A stretch of 64,000 nt of DNA, taken from contig JAFGOA010000071.1 in assembly GCA_016926735.1 (NCBI GenBank), forward strand, positions 10,064-74,063. Direction: 5' to 3'. Shown one piece after another: positions 51,453 to 59,710 of this stretch; position 1 is the stretch's first letter; each line of letters begins with the position of its first letter. The position numbers and the translations under genes were made by a program. The DNA comes from Promethearchaeota archaeon. GTDB lineage: Archaea; Asgardarchaeota; Lokiarchaeia; Sigyniarchaeales; SOKP01. The notes below the pieces were generated by a model. It saw only the letters and a program-made list of their open reading frames with translations, did no database searches and was not told the DNA's origin.

Positions 51453-52646
51453 ATGACATTACCATTAGATAATATTCGTATTATAGATCTTAGTAGGATG
51501 CTTCCAGGACCTTATTGTAGTATGATTTTAGGGGATTTAGGAGCTGAAATAATACATATTAGAACCCCTAATCATCCTAATCCAGATATTCCTGTTTTCT
51601 ATGAAAAAAATGGGAAGAAAATTAATGCTTTTGAATCTATTATAATGAGAAATAAAAAATCAATAACACTTGATTTAAAAAGTGAGGAAGGGAAAGAAAT
51701 ATTTTGTAAATTAATTGAAAAATCAGATGTAATTTTAGAGTCTTTTAAACCAGATATAACAAAAATTTTATGTATAGATTATGAAACTCTTTCAAAAATA
51801 AATAGAGGCCTTATATATTGTTCTTTAACAGGATTTGGACAAAATGGCCCTTATAGAAATTTGGCAGGACATAATCTTAATTATGTTGGATTGTCAGGAA
51901 TCTTGGATTTAAATAGAGAACAAGCACGCTCTAAAAATGAAGAACATGAGAATTATCCTATTCCTCCAGGATCTCATTCAGCAGCTATAAGTGGTGCTTA
52001 TTCTGCAGCAATAGGAATTCTAAGTGCTATTATTGAACGAGAGAGAAATCCAAAAAAAGAAGGACAATATATTGATATAGCAATGTTAGATAGTGCATTT
52101 TCAATAATGCCAATAATAGCAGCATTTAATTTTTCCAAAATTCCAAATCCTTTGCATGGTTCAGCTCCTTATTATCAAATATACAAAACTAAAGATAATA
52201 AATTTCTAACAATAGCTTCTTTTGAACAAAAATATTGGAAAAGATTATGTGAAATATTGGGACGCTCAGATCTATTGAATAAACAATTTGCTCAAAATGA
52301 AGAAAAAGAAGATCTCTATAATGAACTTCAAAAGGAAATATTGAAAAAAAATCAGAAAGAATGGGAAAAAATACTTACATATAAGGATACATGCGTTTTT
52401 CCGATTAAAAATTTTAATCAAGCTTGTGAAGATCCTCAAATTAAATCGCGAAATATGATAATTGAGAGGAATTATCAAGATTTTGGAAAAATAAAGATGA
52501 TTAACTCTCCAATAAAATTTTCTCGTACACCGATTGAAATAAAATCTTTAGCTCCTAAATTAGGAGAGCATACCGAAAAAATATTGAATGAATTAAAATA
52601 TACAGATGAAGAAATATCAATCTTAAGAAAGAAAAATATCATTTAG
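51453..52646 (+). CDS. CaiB/BaiF family III CoA-transferase-like protein
   Basis: 'LSRMLPGP...LGDLGAE', 'RNKKSI.LDLK', 'LTGFGQ.GPY', 'GQYID.AM.D', 'P.LGEHT'. Confidence 0.9.
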   Translation: MTLPLDNIRIIDLSRMLPGPYCSMILGDLGAEIIHIRTPNHPNPDIPVFYEKNGKKINAFESIIMRNKKSITLDLKSEEGKEIFCKLIEKSDVILESFKPDITKILCIDYETLSKINRGLIYCSLTGFGQNGPYRNLAGHNLNYVGLSGILDLNREQARSKNEEHENYPIPPGSHSAAISGAYSAAIGILSAIIERERNPKKEGQYIDIAMLDSAFSIMPIIAAFNFSKIPNPLHGSAPYYQIYKTKDNKFLTIASFEQKYWKRLCEILGRSDLLNKQFAQNEEKEDLYNELQKEILKKNQKEWEKILTYKDTCVFPIKNFNQACEDPQIKSRNMIIERNYQDFGKIKMINSPIKFSRTPIEIKSLAPKLGEHTEKILNELKYTDEEISILRKKNII

Positions 52647-52805
52647 AGATTTTTGCTTCTAATACTCTCGTTTTACGATGATTCAATCATTATAAATTTA
52701 AAAATCTAAAATATGTACTATTTGACCATAAATTTATTTAATATTTCTATTATTATATCATAGAGTAACTCTTATTAATTACCTTAAATCATCACTTTTA
52801 GTATT

Positions 52806-54383
52806 ATGTCAGAAGAATTAAACAACACAAAAAAAGAAATTGGGTCAGAAAAAGAAAATAAAGAGAAGCGTGAGGATGAAGTTCTTGAGGATACAGAATC
52901 CGAAAAGGCAGTAGTAATACAAGCAGAAGTATATAAGACTATTATTTTGTATGCCAGTCGATATGCGAATAGTGCGATTCCACCTTCCGAATGGAAAGAA
53001 ATATATGGGGTCTTAATTGGCTATATTGATGATGATTTTGTTCATGTCGAAAGAGCAGAGGCTTTAACTTTCGGACATGATACGGACGTACATTTAGATA
53101 ATAGACATTACACATTTATAGCTCAAATCGATGAAGAACTTTATAATGAAGGTAAGAAAAATCATATCGTAGGTTGGTTCCATTCTCATCCAAATTTAGG
53201 TTTATTTTTTTCTGATGTAGATTTAAGAAATCATTTATTTTTTCAAACCCATAAAGATGGAATAGGATTAGTATTTGATCATACATTATTAGGAAAAAAA
53301 AAAATAGAGAAAGTTGAGGGGACTCCACATACAATAAGTAAATATGATACGGGATTCGAAATATACAGAATAACGGATATAACTATGAATCCAGATGATC
53401 CCAAGTTTAGTGAGAATTATCATAGTGTTGATTATATAGTGAAAGGTCTAAATAAATTCTTTTTTGCAAATGTTTTGAATGAATTATCAGCTTTAGTCAG
53501 TGCAGGAAAACCATTACAATCGGCTTATGGCGAGGATTTTACATTAGAGTCAAACTATAGAGGTAATTCAAGTTCAAATTATAAAGACCCCGCTAAATTG
53601 TATGATAATAATACCTCTTTTAGTGAAAAAGTATTAGATAAAATACCCATAAAAGATAATATTTCTTTCAGTGGTGATGACTTATTTTATAATAACCCTT
53701 CTAAGAAAGAAAATAAAGATATAGAAATTAGAGAACACGCTGAACAGTTAATATTTGAGGGAACACAATATTTTGAGAAGAAAGATATTGTTGATGGTGT
53801 TGAAAGATTTGAAAAGGCAATAAAAAAATATGAAAAAATTGGAGAAAAAGAAAAAGTATTTGAATTACTAAAAAAATTATCCGAAAATTGTATCTCAAGT
53901 GATCATTTATATTTAGCAGAAGAGTTTGCTACTCGGTTAATGAATTTGTCAAAAAAAACGGATTATTTATTTTACCAAGGAGAAGCTAATTATTTATTGG
54001 GATATTTATTATTAAAGAAAGAAGATGATGAATTTTTAAGCGAAGGACTTAAAAAAATAAGGGATGCTGCCATAATATTTGAGAAAGTGGAAGATTATAT
54101 AGGTGCTGCTACTTGTTTTCATAAAATAGGTAGTACTTATCAATCAAGACTAAATAAATTAGATAATTGTTGTTTATTTTACAGAGAAGCTATAGAAAAT
54201 TATAATAAAGCAATAATTAAGAACCATCCAAATAGAAAATCTTTATGGTCAAAGCCAGAGATTTTAACAGACAAAATACTTGAATTAAAGAATATTATTG
54301 AAGAACTATTACCAAGATTAGAACATCAAGGAATTAGGGATAAAATACAAAACGATTTAGAAGCTATTAACTATAATTTCTAA
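52806..54383 (+). CDS. JAMM/MPN+ metalloprotease fused to TPR/SNAP-like repeats
   Basis: 'E.YG.LIG' ... 'VGWFHSHP......FSDVD'; C-terminal 'A....E....GAA.C..KIG..Y' helical repeats. Confidence 0.85.
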   Translation: MSEELNNTKKEIGSEKENKEKREDEVLEDTESEKAVVIQAEVYKTIILYASRYANSAIPPSEWKEIYGVLIGYIDDDFVHVERAEALTFGHDTDVHLDNRHYTFIAQIDEELYNEGKKNHIVGWFHSHPNLGLFFSDVDLRNHLFFQTHKDGIGLVFDHTLLGKKKIEKVEGTPHTISKYDTGFEIYRITDITMNPDDPKFSENYHSVDYIVKGLNKFFFANVLNELSALVSAGKPLQSAYGEDFTLESNYRGNSSSNYKDPAKLYDNNTSFSEKVLDKIPIKDNISFSGDDLFYNNPSKKENKDIEIREHAEQLIFEGTQYFEKKDIVDGVERFEKAIKKYEKIGEKEKVFELLKKLSENCISSDHLYLAEEFATRLMNLSKKTDYLFYQGEANYLLGYLLLKKEDDEFLSEGLKKIRDAAIIFEKVEDYIGAATCFHKIGSTYQSRLNKLDNCCLFYREAIENYNKAIIKNHPNRKSLWSKPEILTDKILELKNIIEELLPRLEHQGIRDKIQNDLEAINYNF

Positions 54384-54502
54384 ATTATCTTTTAATTGAC
54401 ACCCTTTTAAAATAGTATCAATATATTAAGAGAGATATTAATTAATCAAAAAAAATATATTTTAAGCTTAATTTTTATACATACTATTTTTGGTGATAAA
54501 TT

Positions 54503-55204
54503 ATTCCTCGAAGAAAACAAAAATTAAAATTTTCAAGAAAATATGCTTGTAAACATCTCAAACCTATGGGTAATGTATCAACTAGCTTACAACCTTTATG
54601 CAGTTGCCCTGAAAGAAAACTAATACTTGGAATGAGAGCATATGTTTGTCAAGTATGCGAACTCTATGAGCAAACAAGTACAAAAATAACAGAAGTATAT
54701 CAATCAAGTAAAAGTAAAGCAGAAAAAATAATAAAAGAAAAAGCAGCAGAAGACCTTGAAGTTGCTGAAATAAAAATAGATGAAGATATAGATTTATCAG
54801 TAGAAGAATTTGAAGAAGAAGAGGAAATCAATGAAAAATTCGAGAAAAGAGAACCTGGAAAGAAAATAGAGGAAGCAGAAGAATTTACCGAAGCAGAATG
54901 TCCCTTTTGTGGAGAATTATTTGAAAATCTTGCTGGTCATATTATGAATTGTGAATTTGCTCCTGAAGATGTAGATATAAAAGAGTATCTACCATCAAGA
55001 TCTAAGAGAAAAAAGAAGAAAAAAGAACCAACAGAAGATAAAGAAAAAAAAGAACAAAACAAGAAAATATGCCCTTACTGTAAAAATGGTTATGCAAGAT
55101 TAGGACGTCATTTACCTCATTGTGAAAAGAGACCTGAGGATGCTGATGAAGAAAAGGAAAAATTATACTCAGAAGGAAAGATAGATATAAATGAATTTAA
55201 TTAA
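54503..55204 (+). CDS. Multi-zinc-finger protein (N-terminal Cys/His cluster, acidic linker, two C2HC fingers); probable ATT start
   Basis: CPFC-x9-H-x3-C and CPYC-x9-H-x3-C; the frame is open upstream of ATG 54566 to ATT 54503, preceded by GGTGA. Confidence 0.75.
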   Translation: MPRRKQKLKFSRKYACKHLKPMGNVSTSLQPLCSCPERKLILGMRAYVCQVCELYEQTSTKITEVYQSSKSKAEKIIKEKAAEDLEVAEIKIDEDIDLSVEEFEEEEEINEKFEKREPGKKIEEAEEFTEAECPFCGELFENLAGHIMNCEFAPEDVDIKEYLPSRSKRKKKKKEPTEDKEKKEQNKKICPYCKNGYARLGRHLPHCEKRPEDADEEKEKLYSEGKIDINEFN

Positions 55205-55215
55205 CTGAAATAAGT

Positions 55216-56139
55216 ATGCCATTAAATGACAGTATTTATTATTGTCAACCTGTTTATAGACCCCCTTCAGAAGCAAACTCCCTTTTAATACAATTAACAG
55301 AGGGATGTACATATAGGTGTATTTTTTGTGTATCTAATCTCAGAAAACACTTTAAAATTAGAACTTTTACTGATATCAAAAAAGATTTGGAGATTGCACG
55401 AAAATTATATGGTTCTCAAGTTAAGAGAATCTTTTTTTTAGACGGAAATGCAATGGTCACACCCTTTCAAGAATTAAAAACCATCTTAAATTATGCAAAT
55501 ATAATTTTTCCAAATATAGAAATAATCTCTATGTATGCCCATTGTAAAGATATATTAACAAAATCGGAATTAGAATTAAAAGAACTTTCTGACTTAGGAT
55601 TAAGAATGTTATATGTGGGGTTTGAATCAGGATATAATGACTTACTAAAAAAAATAAATAAACAAGCAACTAAAGAAGACTACATAAAAGCATCGCAGAA
55701 ATTATTTAAAGCAAATATTACTCTTTCAGCAACTTTGATTAATGGATTAGGAGGAGCTAAAAATCTTGAAATATCAAATAAACATGCTATAGAATCAGCA
55801 AATCTTATTAATGCAATTTGCCCCTCTGATAGTCGAAAATGGTATATCTCATTTTTGACTTTAATGATTCCATCAGGAACAATAATATATAAAAATAAAT
55901 CAGAAAATAAATTTATAGAAATGACATCGGAAGAGATTTTAAATGAATTAAAGTTGTTTATTCAAAATATTAAATTTAAAAATTCTAATGCTAATTGTAT
56001 ATTCCGTGCAAATCATGCATCAAATTATTTACCTATAAAAGGAATTTTAATAAGAGACAAAGAATACATATTAAAAACAATAGATTATGGAATCGCATAT
56101 AAAGAAAAATTAAGACCTGAATATTATCGTAGATTATGA
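55216..56139 (+). CDS. Radical SAM protein (YRPPSEA family)
   Basis: 'YRPPSEA', CTYRCIFC (CxxxCxxC), 'FFLDGNA', 'YVGFESG', 'FRANHASNY'. Confidence 0.9.
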   Translation: MPLNDSIYYCQPVYRPPSEANSLLIQLTEGCTYRCIFCVSNLRKHFKIRTFTDIKKDLEIARKLYGSQVKRIFFLDGNAMVTPFQELKTILNYANIIFPNIEIISMYAHCKDILTKSELELKELSDLGLRMLYVGFESGYNDLLKKINKQATKEDYIKASQKLFKANITLSATLINGLGGAKNLEISNKHAIESANLINAICPSDSRKWYISFLTLMIPSGTIIYKNKSENKFIEMTSEEILNELKLFIQNIKFKNSNANCIFRANHASNYLPIKGILIRDKEYILKTIDYGIAYKEKLRPEYYRRL

Positions 56140-56219
56140 TTGTTTTTAATGAGTTTTATTTAGAGTTATACTTAGCCGATTAAAAAAAAAAAACAAAAAT
56201 ATAATGTATTAAATAATTC

Positions 56220-56504
56220 TTAGAGGATCTTTTCATTTTCAGGAGTTTTAAACTCGATTCCCTTCTCTTTAAGATACTTAGGCTTTTTATCACCCGGCCA
56301 ATAACAATTTACAAAAATCCCTGTTACAATGAAAAGTACACAAATAACAATATATGCTACATAATTTTCTCGTGGAAATATTACTAACACATAATCAATC
56401 CATTTAACCATAAATTCCCCGATTGGTGTTACTATTGGTTTTAAAAATCCAATTATTGCTCCAATAATATCTGCTAATCCTTGCAAAAATTCTTGTAGTA
56501 TCAT
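56220..56504 (-). CDS. Small membrane protein
   Basis: Amphipathic N-terminal helix plus one TM; ATGA overlap with the upstream gene. Confidence 0.7.
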   Translation of the reverse strand: MILQEFLQGLADIIGAIIGFLKPIVTPIGEFMVKWIDYVLVIFPRENYVAYIVICVLFIVTGIFVNCYWPGDKKPKYLKEKGIEFKTPENEKIL

Positions 56505-56983
56505 TTATCCTCCCACCTCGCTTCTCTTATAGTTTTTCTATTTACTGTAAAATCAACAAGATCATAAATTTTAATCGCAATAGTTAAGAAATAAACACCC
56601 ATATAAACCAAGACTAAATCTTGTACTAATAAAACAACAAAACCAAATCCAGAAATATCAATTTGTATATCAGTCGCTCCTGAGAATTTATAACTCCACA
56701 TATAAAGACAATTTATAAGAACTTGAATTAAAGCAAAAACTCCTTTCCTTATTGATTGTTTTGGAGACGAGTAGGTAAAAAATGCACATCCACTTATTAA
56801 TAATCCAAAAGCAACAATCCAAAAGCTAATAATTTCATATCCTTGTTGAGTTAATTGAATAGCATATCCTTCTATTGATAGTTGTCTTATATAACCAAAA
56901 GTGAGAAGTGGAACTACGATTGTTATAACCGTATAGATCCCCATAAAGATAAATCCTTTTATCATATTCTTTGGCGCGCCCAT
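56501..56983 (-). CDS. Membrane protein (4 TM)
   Basis: Four hydrophobic helices; GGTGA ribosome-binding site upstream. Confidence 0.75.
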   Translation of the reverse strand: MGAPKNMIKGFIFMGIYTVITIVVPLLTFGYIRQLSIEGYAIQLTQQGYEIISFWIVAFGLLISGCAFFTYSSPKQSIRKGVFALIQVLINCLYMWSYKFSGATDIQIDISGFGFVVLLVQDLVLVYMGVYFLTIAIKIYDLVDFTVNRKTIREARWEDK

Positions 56984-56997
56984 AATAATTTCACCTT

Positions 56998-57501
56998 TTA
57001 AGGATAGATTCCAAAATCAACTACGTGTATTTCAAATTGAATAAGATCTAATGAATAATAGCCATAAACCGTAATATTTGCTAAAATGCTATTTAATGTT
57101 GAGAAAGCTGGAACTGTAAAACTAGTAGCATTATATTCAAAAATTCCAGAATTACCACTTTCTATATTTCCAAAATTTTGGCTTCCAGAATAAATAATAA
57201 CCGTAGAGGATCCATCATAAGTCATCTCAAGTATAAATTCTATCTCAAGATTATTTAAATCAAAATATCCAACATTATTTATACCAATAGGAATATTGAT
57301 ATACCATGTATTGGGAGCACCCGTCACATTATAAGAGATAGAATATCCTGAAGGAGGTACTTGTATATTATTTGAATCAGATAAAATATTAACAGCTGAT
57401 AATCCTCCTAGAATGGTAACAACAGATAATGATAGGGTTAGTAAAAGAATAAAGATCCTCATAATCCATCTAAATACTCTCGCTGCTCTCATATTCATCA
57501 A
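56998..57501 (-). CDS. Membrane-anchored LEA_2/WHy-like beta-sandwich protein
   Basis: N-terminal TM; 'I.I.N.GYFDL.NL.I' resembles the LEA_2 NPN motif region. Confidence 0.6.
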   Translation of the reverse strand: MMNMRAARVFRWIMRIFILLLTLSLSVVTILGGLSAVNILSDSNNIQVPPSGYSISYNVTGAPNTWYINIPIGINNVGYFDLNNLEIEFILEMTYDGSSTVIIYSGSQNFGNIESGNSGIFEYNATSFTVPAFSTLNSILANITVYGYYSLDLIQFEIHVVDFGIYP

Positions 57502-57648
57502 AAGAACTTTTTATTTTTTTTAAATTAAATTCTAACAGAAAAAATAAAATTAACAATAAGAAGACTATTTTGACTTATAAATTTTATATTTTTTAGAATC
57601 TTTTATTAAATAGTTAATTTATTTTATCAATCATCTTATAAAATTAAA

Positions 57649-59565
57649 ATGTATAATATAACAGAAAAAATCTTAAATGAACATCTTGTTGAGGGAGAAT
57701 TAACTCAGGGAGAAACAATAGGAATAAAAATAGATCAAACCTTAACTCAAGATTCTACTGGTACAATGGCTTATTTAGAATTTGAGGCAATAGGTATTCC
57801 ATCAGTAAAAACAGAACTTTCTGTAAGTTATATTGATCATAATATTCTTCAAACAGATTATCGAAATATGGATGATCACAGATTTCTCCAAAGTGCAGCT
57901 GAGAAATATGGAGTATATTTTTCTCGACCAGGAAATGGTATTTGTCATCAATTACATTTGGAAAGGTTTGCTAGACCGGGTAAAACATTACTAGGGAGTG
58001 ACAGCCATACACCAACTGGAGGGGGTGTAGGTATGATCGCAATTGGTGCAGGAGGACTAGATGTTGCTGTTGCTATGGCAGGAGAACCCTATTATTTAAA
58101 AGTTCCAAAAGTAATTGATGTACATCTTATTGGGAGATTACCAATGTTCGTTTCAGCAAAAGATATTATATTGGAAGTTCTAAGGAGAATTGGAGTAAAA
58201 GGAGGATTAAATAAAGTTTTAGAATATACAGGATCCGGAGTAAAATCTTTGTCTATTCCTGAAAGAGGAACAATAACAAATATGGGAGCAGAGACAGGAG
58301 CTACAACCTCTATATTTCCCTCAGATGATATTACAAAGCAATTTTTAGAGGCTCAAGGTAGAGGCGATGATTGGAAATTATTAGAACCAGATAATGATGC
58401 TCAATATACAGAAAGAATAGAAATAAATTTAAGTGAACTTGAACCTCTTGTTGCATTACCACATAGTCCTGGAAATATAAAGAAGGTCAGAGAAATCGAA
58501 GGATTACCAATTCAACAAGTATGTATTGGTAGTTGTACTAATTCGAGTTTAAGAGATTTAAAAATAGTAGCTAATATACTTAAGGATAATATAATAGATA
58601 AGAATATAAGTCTAACAATATCTCCTGGATCAAGACAGGTTGTTAATCATTTAATTAATACGGGAGAGATGAATCTTCTTATTAAATCTGGAGCGAGAAT
58701 TCTTGAAAATGCTTGCGGACCCTGTATCGGAATGGGACAAGCACCTTCATCAATGAGTAAAACACTCCGTACTTTTAATCGAAATTTCTTTGGGAGATCG
58801 GGTACTAAAGATGCAGAAATATACTTAGTAAGTCCAGAAACAGCTGCTATATCTGCTTTAAAAGGTAAAATAACAGATCCAAGATCTTTTAAGGGAAAAA
58901 TTGATATTAGGATGCCTGATAAGTTTATCATAAATGATAATATGATAATTCCTCCATCAAAAGAAAATATTGAAGTTGAACTTATAAGAGGACCAAATAT
59001 CAAACCTTTACCATCATTTTCACCATTAGAAAAGAAATTAGAAGGAGAGATTCTAATTAAAGTAGGAGATAATATAACAACAGATCATATACTTCCAGGA
59101 GGAACAAATATATTACCTTTAAGAAGTAATATACCAGCAATTAGCGATTATATATTTAATTTTGTTGATAAAGAGTTTCCAAAAAGGGCATTAGAAAGAC
59201 AAGGAGGATTTATAATTGCTGGAGAGGATTATGGTCAAGGATCAAGTAGAGAGCATGCAGCAATAGCTCCAAAATATCTTGGAGTAAAAGCAGTTATCTC
59301 TAAATCATTTGCGAGAATGCATCTGGATAATTTGGTTAACTTTGGAATTGTGCCTCTTATTTTTAAAAATCCAAATGATTATGAATTATTGGATATAGGA
59401 GATAGAGTACAGATTGAACTTGATAAATTTACCTTTGAGAATCTACAAATAATAAATATGACGAAAAAGAATTCAATTCCATTAGAACATGATTTAAGTA
59501 AAAGACAAATTGATATTTTAAAAGCAGGTGGAAAATTACCTTATATAAAAAATAAACAATTTTAG
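57649..59565 (+). CDS. Aconitate hydratase (short archaeal/Aquifex-type aconitase family)
   Basis: 'QDSTGTMA', 'GICHQ', 'DSHT', 'IGSCTN', 'CGPCIG', 'NRNF', 'TTDHI.P', 'YGQGSSREHA'. Confidence 0.92.
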   Translation: MYNITEKILNEHLVEGELTQGETIGIKIDQTLTQDSTGTMAYLEFEAIGIPSVKTELSVSYIDHNILQTDYRNMDDHRFLQSAAEKYGVYFSRPGNGICHQLHLERFARPGKTLLGSDSHTPTGGGVGMIAIGAGGLDVAVAMAGEPYYLKVPKVIDVHLIGRLPMFVSAKDIILEVLRRIGVKGGLNKVLEYTGSGVKSLSIPERGTITNMGAETGATTSIFPSDDITKQFLEAQGRGDDWKLLEPDNDAQYTERIEINLSELEPLVALPHSPGNIKKVREIEGLPIQQVCIGSCTNSSLRDLKIVANILKDNIIDKNISLTISPGSRQVVNHLINTGEMNLLIKSGARILENACGPCIGMGQAPSSMSKTLRTFNRNFFGRSGTKDAEIYLVSPETAAISALKGKITDPRSFKGKIDIRMPDKFIINDNMIIPPSKENIEVELIRGPNIKPLPSFSPLEKKLEGEILIKVGDNITTDHILPGGTNILPLRSNIPAISDYIFNFVDKEFPKRALERQGGFIIAGEDYGQGSSREHAAIAPKYLGVKAVISKSFARMHLDNLVNFGIVPLIFKNPNDYELLDIGDRVQIELDKFTFENLQIINMTKKNSIPLEHDLSKRQIDILKAGGKLPYIKNKQF

Positions 59566-59710
59566 CATATTAGATTTATATCACCATTAACTTTTCTCAA
59601 TTAATTCTTTTTTTTAATCTATAAAACAGATACATAAATAAAATTTATAGTATTTATCTAATTAATTTTATAATTTTTAACAAAAAAAAATATCTTAATT
59701 TTGAAATAAA

